A stretch of 34,205 bases of DNA, taken from IMG/VR virus record IMGVR_UViG_3300017774_001406, positions 1 to 34,205 of that record; one strand, written 5' to 3'. Shown one piece after another: positions 24,199 through 34,205 of this stretch (positions are counted from its first letter, which is position 1; each line of letters opens with the position of its first letter). The DNA comes from a virus. Lineage: Duplodnaviria; Caudoviricetes. Made by a program: the position numbers and the translations under genes. The notes under the pieces were generated by a model. The model searched no databases. It had not been told where the DNA came from and worked only from the letters and a program-made list of their open reading frames with translations.

Positions 24199-25920
24199 TT
24201 AATAATCCCAACGCACGATAAAGTTCATATCAACATCGTCTAGTTTTGTAACCGGATTAGCTAATTTACCAATAGCTACTAGCTCAGCTTTATCATTATA
24301 TAACCCAATTGTAGTTATATACGGTCCAACCGTGCCTGACACAAACGTATCTAAATAAACATCGCCCGGGCCGTTATTAGATTGGGCGCCATTGACAGTT
24401 GTATTACAATCATTTGTGGCTTGAGCTGTACCTGGACGATATGTAGCTGTCGGATTTAATGTATAATTAAATTGTCCGGCTGGGACACGTACTAGTACTT
24501 CGTTTTCATATATTCTATGAACACCACGATATGTAACTGTCCATGTAGCATTACTACCTAAGAATGCCGAACTATAATTATACCTAGGTATCGGTGATGA
24601 TACTACAATTTGACCGTTACGGTAAAATACATTCCCGGCTACGTTTGTTTGATATAATGTTGGAGCTGCAAATGTACGCCCCGCTAAAGATGAAATTTCT
24701 GCATTAGAGGCTGCATAATCATAAAAACGTATTTCATCTACACGGACATTATATCCATTATCAAAACCATTGATACATCCTATTGTTATATCTGATGCAT
24801 TAGCTGTACTATCTTTAGGCATTGTAGCTGTAGCTACGCTACTTCCGTTAATGAACATTGCTACATTAGTATTATTACGTCGTATAACAATATGATTCCA
24901 TGTACCAGTACCTGACATAGTACCTGTCAGCGCTGCGATACTCGTGCCATTACTAGCTATAAAACGTATATTACTAGCATTGTTATGATATAATAGGAAC
25001 GGTGTACGTAAATTAGTATAGTCGCCTACTCCGTCTTCAGGTTGTTGCCAATTATAAATTACGGTACGAACAGAAGTTTTACCAGTACTGGGATCTAGAT
25101 ATGGTTCAGTACGTACAGCACCTTTAGCTAAAATAACTGAGTCTTTTCCTGTATCGTATACCCATAAACTAATTGTCCATCGATCACAACTATTAAAATT
25201 ATTAAAAATAGGATCATGTGGTATACGTATACCGCCTGTTCCACTACTATTTATATCAATTTCCGCAGATAATCCACTAGGTCGTACTGTACTAGTAGTA
25301 GTTACACCACTATCTATTGTAATATTACGGGCTTCCGCATAACGAGTAACTCCACGTAATGTATATTCAATATTAGTATTTGCTAAAGTACCACTAATAC
25401 CTTCCAAATTTCTAAATTCATTATTAAATGACATGTAGAAGAAACAACGACTAGCGGTAGCAAAACTAGCAGTACTGATAGCAGTATCACGTAAATTACC
25501 ATTACCATCATCTTGTAATGTTATAGAACCACTAACAACATTGACAGACCCAGGTTTAATACTTTCGCCTACATCTAAATAAGGACAAGATAAAATACTA
25601 GCAGAATAAAAATAATTTTTTTCTGTCTTTTGTCGATTAGTACCTTCGTGGCAATTTGCTGGATCATATGGATTTCGATAATATCGATGATCTATAGATT
25701 TCCATACTACATGTTTGTTAGTTCCGTCATAATTTTCCGGATATGTTACGCTAGGATCACCTACATCAGGTGGATGTAGCTTCCATATAGCATCATGTGC
25801 TCTATATCCAGACGCTGAAAACGTACTATTTGTTACCGTATAGCTTTTATATGCTTTTACAGTATTAGTTTGATAGTCGCCGGGACGTATAGTATTATAT
25901 ACTGTTGGAATGACCGGCAT
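24199..25920 (-). CDS. Baseplate/tail-associated protein with a LamG/concanavalin-like domain
   Basis: LamG-like motifs WTISLWV, TWNHIVI, MFING and VDEIRFYD; C-terminal YITTIGLYND..ELVAIGKL..P motif shared with 25928..27157. Confidence 0.75.
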   Translation of the reverse strand: MPVIPTVYNTIRPGDYQTNTVKAYKSYTVTNSTFSASGYRAHDAIWKLHPPDVGDPSVTYPENYDGTNKHVVWKSIDHRYYRNPYDPANCHEGTNRQKTEKNYFYSASILSCPYLDVGESIKPGSVNVVSGSITLQDDGNGNLRDTAISTASFATASRCFFYMSFNNEFRNLEGISGTLANTNIEYTLRGVTRYAEARNITIDSGVTTTSTVRPSGLSAEIDINSSGTGGIRIPHDPIFNNFNSCDRWTISLWVYDTGKDSVILAKGAVRTEPYLDPSTGKTSVRTVIYNWQQPEDGVGDYTNLRTPFLLYHNNASNIRFIASNGTSIAALTGTMSGTGTWNHIVIRRNNTNVAMFINGSSVATATMPKDSTANASDITIGCINGFDNGYNVRVDEIRFYDYAASNAEISSLAGRTFAAPTLYQTNVAGNVFYRNGQIVVSSPIPRYNYSSAFLGSNATWTVTYRGVHRIYENEVLVRVPAGQFNYTLNPTATYRPGTAQATNDCNTTVNGAQSNNGPGDVYLDTFVSGTVGPYITTIGLYNDKAELVAIGKLANPVTKLDDVDMNFIVRWDY

Positions 25921-25927
25921 AGTGTTT

Positions 25928-27157
25928 TTAGAAGTCTAATTTAACTTTAATCAATGCTTCGCGAGTAAATGATTTTAATAATGGGCGGCTTAGTTTTGCT
26001 ACTGCTAACAATTCACGTCGATCATTATACATGCCTACCGTTGTAATATATGTTTGAGGATCACGATAAAAAGTTGGATACTTTAATGAACCTAATGAAC
26101 CACTTACAAATGTTGGATTATTTGAATAATTATACTCGCCGTTTTTAACACGTACAAAGTAATATGTAGATTTTACTTGTTCACTTGAACGTGCCTGTAT
26201 GCCAAATGTCTGATCGACGCCAGCTAATCCAATTGAACTACTAATTGCATTAAACAAGCGCATTGGATTTGTAGCCGCTACGCCATCGCCTAGATCTGTA
26301 CCTAATAATATACCACCATCGGCTAATGAAGAACTAAGTGCTACATCGTTTAAAATTACAATTCCATACTGCGGATACAGTAATCCATAATATGTTGTAG
26401 GAGAGTAAATACTAGTACCATTATCAATACTACCAGAAACAATATTATAAACTGCACCACCCTCACCTACACTAGGCGATGTGGTAGATGAATCATCAAT
26501 TAATCTACGAACATTGTTAGATCCAACAGCTTTCAAATTAATTTCTAAATTACCTGGATCAAGTCTTTCACGGAAACGCGCACGATTGAAATTTAATATA
26601 TAGATACTATTTGAATCTACACCGTTAAATGAAAATTTGAAATCATTAGGTGGTAATAAAATTTGTGCATATTGCTTGTAAATAGCACGGGTAGGAGTAT
26701 CATTATTAAGATTACCAGTTAAATCTGTAGAGCCAGAGCCTTCATAATGACCATATGCGATAGAAAGTTGTACTTCGGCATCTGTTGCAGTACTCGGATT
26801 TTTATCGAATACTTCTATAAAATAACTTTTTTGAATAGCTGTAGCAGTTGAAGAAGTAAACATTCCTTGCGTTAAACTTCCAGTATTGCCAGAAAATAAT
26901 CCACGTGTTAATGTTTCTACGTTGTTTGGTAATATATCTTCTACCGCATCAAAATTAGTATAAATTCTACCTAAACGAGTACGTTGACGAGCAGCATCAC
27001 GTTCACGTATAATATTATCTGCTAATTGTCGAGCTAACGATTCTACTTGATTGCTAATAGCAGCACTGCCACGAGATATAGGCGCTCCACCAGTACGTCC
27101 CGTTTCTCGAGCTTCTGTAAATCTACTATTCGCCGCTACACTTCTAGATGTTCCCAT
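25928..27157 (-). CDS. Baseplate/tail-associated structural protein, paralogous to 24199..25920
   Basis: Shared E...PG, L.DD, G..Y..G.(I/V)V, RV..G.(Y/F)NY..NPT and YITTVGMYND..ELLAVAKL..P motifs. Confidence 0.7.
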   Translation of the reverse strand: MGTSRSVAANSRFTEARETGRTGGAPISRGSAAISNQVESLARQLADNIIRERDAARQRTRLGRIYTNFDAVEDILPNNVETLTRGLFSGNTGSLTQGMFTSSTATAIQKSYFIEVFDKNPSTATDAEVQLSIAYGHYEGSGSTDLTGNLNNDTPTRAIYKQYAQILLPPNDFKFSFNGVDSNSIYILNFNRARFRERLDPGNLEINLKAVGSNNVRRLIDDSSTTSPSVGEGGAVYNIVSGSIDNGTSIYSPTTYYGLLYPQYGIVILNDVALSSSLADGGILLGTDLGDGVAATNPMRLFNAISSSIGLAGVDQTFGIQARSSEQVKSTYYFVRVKNGEYNYSNNPTFVSGSLGSLKYPTFYRDPQTYITTVGMYNDRRELLAVAKLSRPLLKSFTREALIKVKLDF

Positions 27158-27172
27158 TATTTATAAATCCTT

Positions 27173-27841
27173 TTATTGTCTTAACTCAACTGCTGCAGTT
27201 GCAACTGTTATAAGTTTAGATGTGATAGTAACTAAAGCTCTACCACCTGTCTCATTACCGATGATCAACAACGTAGTAGTTGCATCTGCAGTATATTGAG
27301 GTTTAGCTGTAATTTCAAATTCTGTACCGGTAACAGTAATACTTTGAGCCGCTTCCGAATCTCCAATAAATTGTGCTGTAGCTGGAGCAGCGGCTGCTCC
27401 CGGAGCAGATCTAGTAGCTCTAATTTCAGCTACATCAGAATCTCCTAGTATTGCTGTATATCCGAATTGACGATTACCACCCTGGAAGTTTACAGTTGAA
27501 GGAGAAATGATTGTAGATTCTCCTGCTTCTAAACTTAAAACAGTCTGTCCAACTCTTACGACTGGTATACGTGATGTACCTTTCGGTAACGTAACTAATT
27601 TATATTTCATCATCTGAGTCTCATCAGGTAATGCTTCGATGAGTGGCATATTTTCAATAGCAGCTCCGTAATATGCAGTACCTAACGGATGTTCAGTGTT
27701 GTATAAATCATAATCTACTTCATCATCAGATAATGCAAATTGAGTGATTTTAAACTCATCACGACCGCGGGCTAATAATTCACGGCCTTTCTTAGTAAGA
27801 ATAGCATCTACAGTGATTGTACTATTATTTAAATAACCCAT
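27173..27841 (-). CDS. Baseplate/tail-associated structural protein
   Basis: N-terminal AILTKKGRELLARG...ITQFALSD resembles the start of P2 gpH-type tail-collar domains; C-terminus beta-rich. Confidence 0.65.
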   Translation of the reverse strand: MGYLNNSTITVDAILTKKGRELLARGRDEFKITQFALSDDEVDYDLYNTEHPLGTAYYGAAIENMPLIEALPDETQMMKYKLVTLPKGTSRIPVVRVGQTVLSLEAGESTIISPSTVNFQGGNRQFGYTAILGDSDVAEIRATRSAPGAAAAPATAQFIGDSEAAQSITVTGTEFEITAKPQYTADATTTLLIIGNETGGRALVTITSKLITVATAAVELRQ

Positions 27842-27859
27842 GTTATATCCTTATTTTAA

Positions 27860-27867
27860 ATAAATAT
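27860..27867 (-). promoter_or_regulatory. ATATTTAT motif, putative late promoter
   Basis: Intergenic copy upstream of 27173..27841, followed by AAGGA. Confidence 0.55.
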
Positions 27868-27881
27868 ATACCTAAATCAAA

Positions 27882-30800
27882 TTATCTAACTAATAAATTA
27901 CCAGGTTCTGTATTACCAGTACCTCCACGCGATTCTGGAGCTTGTGTAAATATTAATTGATTAGCATTTGTCTCATAAACTTCGATTACAGGCGTACCTA
28001 ATATTGCTGTTGCATTTTGTGTAGTAGTAGGTAAATTAATATCTGGGGCAGAAATGCGGCATCCTAAATATCTAGAATTTTCATATTGAGCTAATTCATC
28101 ATCAAAATAAGCTGCGGGTTCTAAACTAATTTTATAATAATCATTTCTAGATTGACTAGCCGCATGCTGTGCATTTCGTCTTTCTAATGATGCTCCTACA
28201 TTACTACCAGAATAATGATAAACGATGCGTTGATATATGTTACTAGGACGTGGCTGATCTATAATAGGCATTTCTGCAGAATGGCATACTCCGCGTATAC
28301 TAAAAATAAAGCTTGTGCCCGTCGACTGCAACGGAGCAAATATAATACATCCATTTGTATTAGCTGCTTTCGATATACATGTAAATTGCAATGTTATGGC
28401 AATACGTTTTGCAGAATATGGTATACGTACATTACGTATAACTCCTGATGTCGTTGTATATCCTCCAGCATTTAATGATACATTTCGTGTTACACCATTA
28501 CCTATATATTCCAAACGACCGTCATTATCTAAAACACCAATTCCTATACGCATAGCAAATACACCATTACCCACATCGAATCCATTAACAGTTTGTAAAG
28601 CTGCTACTATTCTATAATCTATATCGACATCAATATCATACGACGGATTGTTAATAACCAAACATAACGTATCAGTGATATCGCCGACAGCTGAAAAATA
28701 TGTCCAATATCCAGCATTAGAATTAACAAATGGAACTAATTTATTGCCGATATAATCATTAACTGTCGGATCTAATGTATTAAAATTAGGCGACGATGTT
28801 GTTATGTACCAATCATAATATTGTGCATTATTGTTACTATAACTAACAACATCTATAATAGATGCGGTATATGATGGCATTTCATCTAACGGATTAGTTT
28901 CGATAATGCAATAATCCATCGGGCCAGGACTTTGTATACCTGTAAAATTAGCAAACCATGTATCTCCAGTCTCATCATATCCATTGTAACTATCGACATG
29001 ATATAAACTTTGTGCACTTATAACATCGCGAGTTGAATCAATACTACCACTATACAACGAGTACTCACCAAACACTAAAGCATCGGGTTGCGGTATTTCA
29101 GCATCATATTGCGGATTCTCTACCTGCGGTCTTTTGGTTATTTGAGCCTTTGCACGTTCCAATGCATGCGGTTCTACTAAAACACCTGCAGCTAAATTAG
29201 CACGTAATGGTACCAATTGTTTTATTTGACTAAATAAACTAAAGTCGAACTGACTAAAAATTCGTAAGTATGCATTTATATCGTTACGGTCTGTATATTT
29301 TTTCCAATATTGATCAGAAATGTAACGTAGATCACGATATTGAGTTTCAAATTCGTCGCCAGGATCTCCTATATATGCATCTAACTCAGCATCTCCGAAT
29401 TGATCAAATATATCTTTATTTACTTGGTCTGCGTGACTATAAAACAATCCTAGTTTGTTATTATCGATAGGAGCATAATCATAACTAGAACGTTCCCCGG
29501 TATTTGTCGGCGATAGTTTACTAACTAAATAATTATCTTCTAAACGTATTTTTTCCGATCTAGGTAAATTACCGCCTAGTGATACACCTTGAATATAATA
29601 AACTTCATCTAAACTATAGTAATTACCAATTTGTGGATTAGGCGGAGATGCGGCAGAAACAGTACCATTACGATTTGTATATGACCTATTAGGCTGACTA
29701 CCAGATAAAAAAGTATTTACACTATGGTCATATGCATTTCCGTCACTACCTAATGTAAAATGTATTTGTAATTGATTATAACTACCGGTAGGGTCGCCAT
29801 ATATTGCATAACTTGTTGGATTGAGTGTATGATCATCAAATGAAGCCTGTGATAATTCCGAACTCCATTCACGAAATTCTTGTAGGTATCCAGTAACGTC
29901 CTCTATACGAGAAGTACCGCCTGCGAATGCAGATACGCCCGTTGCTGAACCTGATACTCTATGTGAAATACGTCCTACAAAATGATCACTAGCTTTTTGT
30001 ACTTGTACATATCCACGACCAGCAGAGTTTCTACACCAACGTATATTCCATACATCTCCATCATATATAGGGGCATATGGTGTTGCAATCGTTCCGTTCA
30101 TTATTACACGGCCATACTCATCGCTACCAGAATATAATCCTGGACTGAATGGTTCTATAGCAACCGTCTGGCTACCAGCGCCAGAAAAAATTGTCTGGCT
30201 AACTCGAGCCCCGTCAATATTCTTAAATCTAATTTCACGTGTAACTATACCGGATGGAGATGTGTATTCAATACTAGATATTGGATTTTCAGCACCGTCT
30301 TCTCCATTAGCATTAAACACTGCCATATAAGCATATCGATCCTCAATAATGTTAGGTGCATCTCCAGATACCGCCGGGCCGCCATATTCTCGTATACTTA
30401 ACAATGTTTGTGGTATACCGTAACACGACATTAATGCCTTAATACTACGGGCAGTACCTTTCGTCTTTAATAGATACGGTAAGTTGTTAACTATACGACG
30501 CCATACTTCAGTAGTAATTTCTTCATTAGATTTACTAAATAAACTACCGGTACTTTGATACTTGCCATCTGTACCTACACCTAATTTATACTTCCATAAA
30601 GCTGTAGCTTGATTACCATTAGTTAATGTCCAACCCATTGACTTTGCAATGTCGTATAAAGTATCTTTACCGACACCTAACTTAGGATGTTCTTCGTTAC
30701 GATAATTACGAGATAATGCATCAATATATGAATACAGGATATCAAAGTGATGGCCAATCATATTAACAAACAATTCATATTGACTGTTATTAGGATCAAC

Positions 30801-32093
30801 ACGTATGTGTTCTGGTATTGTTTTTGTTAATGCATTGTTATTGAGATCGTCGTACAAAATAGCATTGGCCGATGCAGTTGCAAACCAATTGCGAGCGATA
30901 GTAGTTGATGGGTTATGTATAACATAACTACTGTTACTTAAGTATTTAGGCCACGGGGTTATTACATATCCATCAGCTCCTAAATAACTACCAGATACTC
31001 CATGAGTAGTTAAACTACCAGTAGGATCGTTATATAAGTAACGTTCGAATCCATCGAATGATCCGACAATATTGTCAATACGCTGTCTTGTATTAGCAAT
31101 GTTACTAGTTAACGATCCGCTGTCAGAGCCCGATGCCGCATTCAATGTAGAGATACGATTGTTGTAATATTCTACTAGTTCAAGTTTATACTTGAAGTTA
31201 GCTAAACGTTCATATGCAGAACTATAAAAAACAAAATTATCAAATGCAGAATAATCGATACCTAACGGTACACCTGACAATGAACCTGAAAATACACGGT
31301 CTAATATTTGTTGAGAAGTAGATAGATTTGCATCTAATAAATCATTCCAACTCTTAAACTCAGTCTCTGTAATTACGGCAGCACCTTCGTCGATATCAAA
31401 GTTAGCGCCCTTTAAATAATTAACTTTATCGGCTGGTAATGGTACCGTTAGACTAACATTATCTATATAAGCATCAGCTAATTCTTCTACAATCCAAAAC
31501 GTATCGTTAAGTAAAATATCATCAGGTAATTCATTATATAAACGAATAACTAATTCGTTATCAGTATCCCAACCTTTATGATTGATTACTTTAAATACGT
31601 TGTTTTTACCAAAATTTATAGCTAAATCTTGGTCATATACACGCGAATATTCTGATAAATAGTCTTGGATTACCGTTTTGTAATCATCTACTTTGTCAGG
31701 TGTTACTGGAATTAATGCAGCTAATATTTCACGGCGATCAGGAGATATTTCTTTTACTTGAAGTATGCGATCATTAAAGTTACCTAGTACAGGCTCATGT
31801 ATGTTAGTAACAAGTTCAAACTCGCCTCGGTTAATACCTAACGTTCCTAGTGCATCGGCATAATTAACATATAACTTGTTTGTACGTAAAGTAAAATCTG
31901 AAAGTAGTACACTATTAATATAACCACCGTCTTTAGAATAGGCATGAACTTCTACTTCCGATACCCCTTCCGGAGTAACACTTTTAGTATCTAAACTAAG
32001 TAATTCAACATCTGCCTTTTTCCATACTATACCACGCGTAACTCCGTCAATTGAAAGAATATCGTCTTTGTTTGTAAATCGTTCTAATGACAT
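27882..32093 (-). CDS. Large baseplate wedge-like protein
   Basis: 1403 aa; RRIVNNLPYLLKTKGTARSIKALMSCYG resembles the KGT motif of P2 gpI / T4 gp7-type wedge proteins; tail-gene neighbourhood. Confidence 0.65.
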   Translation of the reverse strand: MSLERFTNKDDILSIDGVTRGIVWKKADVELLSLDTKSVTPEGVSEVEVHAYSKDGGYINSVLLSDFTLRTNKLYVNYADALGTLGINRGEFELVTNIHEPVLGNFNDRILQVKEISPDRREILAALIPVTPDKVDDYKTVIQDYLSEYSRVYDQDLAINFGKNNVFKVINHKGWDTDNELVIRLYNELPDDILLNDTFWIVEELADAYIDNVSLTVPLPADKVNYLKGANFDIDEGAAVITETEFKSWNDLLDANLSTSQQILDRVFSGSLSGVPLGIDYSAFDNFVFYSSAYERLANFKYKLELVEYYNNRISTLNAASGSDSGSLTSNIANTRQRIDNIVGSFDGFERYLYNDPTGSLTTHGVSGSYLGADGYVITPWPKYLSNSSYVIHNPSTTIARNWFATASANAILYDDLNNNALTKTIPEHIRVDPNNSQYELFVNMIGHHFDILYSYIDALSRNYRNEEHPKLGVGKDTLYDIAKSMGWTLTNGNQATALWKYKLGVGTDGKYQSTGSLFSKSNEEITTEVWRRIVNNLPYLLKTKGTARSIKALMSCYGIPQTLLSIREYGGPAVSGDAPNIIEDRYAYMAVFNANGEDGAENPISSIEYTSPSGIVTREIRFKNIDGARVSQTIFSGAGSQTVAIEPFSPGLYSGSDEYGRVIMNGTIATPYAPIYDGDVWNIRWCRNSAGRGYVQVQKASDHFVGRISHRVSGSATGVSAFAGGTSRIEDVTGYLQEFREWSSELSQASFDDHTLNPTSYAIYGDPTGSYNQLQIHFTLGSDGNAYDHSVNTFLSGSQPNRSYTNRNGTVSAASPPNPQIGNYYSLDEVYYIQGVSLGGNLPRSEKIRLEDNYLVSKLSPTNTGERSSYDYAPIDNNKLGLFYSHADQVNKDIFDQFGDAELDAYIGDPGDEFETQYRDLRYISDQYWKKYTDRNDINAYLRIFSQFDFSLFSQIKQLVPLRANLAAGVLVEPHALERAKAQITKRPQVENPQYDAEIPQPDALVFGEYSLYSGSIDSTRDVISAQSLYHVDSYNGYDETGDTWFANFTGIQSPGPMDYCIIETNPLDEMPSYTASIIDVVSYSNNNAQYYDWYITTSSPNFNTLDPTVNDYIGNKLVPFVNSNAGYWTYFSAVGDITDTLCLVINNPSYDIDVDIDYRIVAALQTVNGFDVGNGVFAMRIGIGVLDNDGRLEYIGNGVTRNVSLNAGGYTTTSGVIRNVRIPYSAKRIAITLQFTCISKAANTNGCIIFAPLQSTGTSFIFSIRGVCHSAEMPIIDQPRPSNIYQRIVYHYSGSNVGASLERRNAQHAASQSRNDYYKISLEPAAYFDDELAQYENSRYLGCRISAPDINLPTTTQNATAILGTPVIEVYETNANQLIFTQAPESRGGTGNTEPGNLLVR

Positions 32094-32101
32094 ATTTAAT
32101 C

Positions 32102-34205
32102 TTAGCTATTTGTCGGTAAATAATTATCAAATGTTTTGCCAGGTAAGTGTATATTCATAAGAAGAATAGCTGAACTAGGCCATTCTACTCCAAATTTACT
32201 AGCATTACCAATTTCGTCATGCACTTTTTGTCTGAAATATTGTACCGAATTGTACAATTTTTCCATAAATGTTTTAAATGTAGCCTCGATCTTAATACGG
32301 CATTGATTGCAATCATTTAGAGCTTGTTCACTAACAGCAGATAAATCATCTTCTAGAGCTATCATTCTATTATAAATATCTTGGAATGCCTCTAACGAAT
32401 CGGCAGCAAATAATAAATCATCTATTTCTAATACAAAATCTTTAGCTAGTTGTAAATCTGTTCGTAACTCACTGATAAGTTTATCTACACGTTCTGCTTC
32501 AGTATATAACGGGTCCATATCAAAGTAATCTTTGTTAGAGTCATCTTTCCAATAATTACCACTGCCTTTATTATAACTTATTATAGCTGCACGAACCATA
32601 CGTTTAACATATGCCGTGTTTCTCGTTAAAGAATTAACACGGTTAGAATTACTATCACCACGTCTAGGTAGCTGTGCATATCCGATATTACCTAATCGTT
32701 CATCAGTAGCAACACTATGTACTAATCCGGACCGATTAATACCAAAAATGTCATTTTCCTGATAAGGCTTGAAGTTTCGAGATATTTGTACAGTACCTTC
32801 GAATAATCCTAATAAACTAATAGATGTCGCCTGTTCAACAAGGTTACCGTTATTTTGGCGTTTAACATAACGATATGGTTCGTCAGCTGTTAGAATTTTA
32901 TATAAAGGAGTGTTTAAGTCATCTATCGATGGCTGAGCTGCCGGGCTACCTAACTTATTCCTATACAGTACTGTATAGCCATCGGTTGGCTGACTATTAA
33001 CTAGTGATGACAATGATAATGTACGAGCCGCTAAACGCGGCCATGATTCTTGTATATCAGCTTTTATCGACTCGATTTCAGCTTGTGCTGCAGCCTGTTG
33101 TTGTAGTACACGTAAACGTATAGGCGGATAATATGCAATACTACCTTCTGGCTCATACGGTTTTAAATATTCAATATTGAATGGTTCTCCACTATTACTG
33201 TAATTATCTATGTAATTACGATATTCAAAAATATCTAAACGATCCGCTTCTACAATATGAGGAAAATCATTCCAGATCGGACTATTGATACCGTCATTTT
33301 TTAATACTTCTATACCGCCAGCCTCTACTAACAAATTTAACCAACCATTTTCACTGTAACGTCCCTGTCCAATTTGATAGTTACTTAAACTAAGATTGTT
33401 TAGTGCAGCATATGTACGAGCCACATCTTCGTCAGTGACTTGTTTCCAGAATCCGTTGATCATCATACGTAATCCAAAGATTAAATCGTCACCTTGTACA
33501 TCTGTCGTGCCGCTATTTACTAGAGTGTCATTGTACGGTACTGGCCAGTCCAGGATAACCATTTTACCTTCGTATTTTACACGTAGCTTTTCTCGGTATG
33601 TTTGTTTTTGAAATACTTGATCGAAATACAAATCCCTAGGATCTTCAGCTAAATATATGTCACTAGCCCCTGTACCTACATAACCGCGTGGTTTTAAATA
33701 ATCGCCTGGATCACGATAAAATGGAGCTTTTGGCCGATAGCCACTCTCAAAACGTACTTGATAATTCCAATCGTTACTACGATCTAATACCTTACGAAAC
33801 TCAAATTCTTCGATGGGGTTAGGCTTACCTAAAGTACGATCGCCCTCAAATGTGCCATCTAACACCATATCAAATTCTTGTATTTGTTCCGGAGTAGCTT
33901 CTCGAATATCACTATATGTCTTGCCGCGTTCTACTAGCATTACTTCTAATGTTTGATAATTAGGTATAGGTAATGCTCTACCATTTTCCACATAGTATAC
34001 ACAGAACGTAGACCGTACCACAGATTCTGGATCGGGAGGTACGGCACCTAAACGTGCAGTTATTGTCGTTGGGCCATATTGTAGATACGCATCATGCCAA
34101 TCTACCGGATTCAATTCTATTTCAGAATTAATAAGAAATAAACCTGTCGGCGGTATCGGTCTAGGAAGATTTGTTTTAACATAAAAATCCCAGCCATCGT
34201 CAATA
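32102..34205 (-). CDS. Hypothetical protein, 5' truncated by the window edge
   Basis: The frame stays open upstream of the track's TTG at 34114 (IDDGWDFYVKTNLPRPIPPTGLFLINSEIE-LNP), so the true start lies outside the window. Confidence 0.75.
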   Translation of the reverse strand, partial: IDDGWDFYVKTNLPRPIPPTGLFLINSEIELNPVDWHDAYLQYGPTTITARLGAVPPDPESVVRSTFCVYYVENGRALPIPNYQTLEVMLVERGKTYSDIREATPEQIQEFDMVLDGTFEGDRTLGKPNPIEEFEFRKVLDRSNDWNYQVRFESGYRPKAPFYRDPGDYLKPRGYVGTGASDIYLAEDPRDLYFDQVFQKQTYREKLRVKYEGKMVILDWPVPYNDTLVNSGTTDVQGDDLIFGLRMMINGFWKQVTDEDVARTYAALNNLSLSNYQIGQGRYSENGWLNLLVEAGGIEVLKNDGINSPIWNDFPHIVEADRLDIFEYRNYIDNYSNSGEPFNIEYLKPYEPEGSIAYYPPIRLRVLQQQAAAQAEIESIKADIQESWPRLAARTLSLSSLVNSQPTDGYTVLYRNKLGSPAAQPSIDDLNTPLYKILTADEPYRYVKRQNNGNLVEQATSISLLGLFEGTVQISRNFKPYQENDIFGINRSGLVHSVATDERLGNIGYAQLPRRGDSNSNRVNSLTRNTAYVKRMVRAAIISYNKGSGNYWKDDSNKDYFDMDPLYTEAERVDKLISELRTDLQLAKDFVLEIDDLLFAADSLEAFQDIYNRMIALEDDLSAVSEQALNDCNQCRIKIEATFKTFMEKLYNSVQYFRQKVHDEIGNASKFGVEWPSSAILLMNIHLPGKTFDNYLPTNS

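Noticed and set aside
1263-33611. All plus-strand ORFs in the track (60-116 aa)
   Set aside because: Each lies antisense to a well-supported minus-strand gene and shows no recognisable motif; consistent with shadow ORFs.
1-34205. Stop-codon reassignment, introns or inteins, tRNAs, CRISPR array
   Set aside because: Standard-code ORFs tile the window almost fully; terminase, portal and primase are uninterrupted; the gaps (at most ~106 nt) show no cloverleaf or spaced repeats.

Overview
AT-rich fragment of a large tailed dsDNA phage. All credible genes lie on the minus strand, use the standard code and are tightly coupled (many TAATG/ATGA overlaps). In transcription order (right to left) it holds: baseplate/tail-associated proteins; a T7 endonuclease I-like resolvase, a DNA primase and a single-chain Mre11-Rad50 (SbcD-SbcC) fusion; a large tail protein followed by a 53-aa ORF, two paralogous glycine-rich adhesin-like proteins and a small chaperone-like ORF; a HIGH-family nucleotidyltransferase fused to a ligase-like (KxDG) domain; an atypical lysis cassette; and a T4-type head module (large terminase, gp20-like portal, gp21-like prohead protease) with small probable internal head proteins. 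No major capsid, sheath, RNA gene, CRISPR array or mobile element was seen. The most interesting signals are: a probable capsid-packaged, protease-matured two-enzyme polyprotein with a shared head-targeting leader; a shared N-terminal docking module on the adhesins that also occurs as a stand-alone gene; strong [S/T]-[G/A]-S enrichment confined to tail proteins; a lipoprotein-free spanin-like pair; and a recurrent ATATTTAT promoter-like motif. Several clues suggest a Bacteroidota/FCB host. All assignments come from motif recognition by eye, with no database searches.
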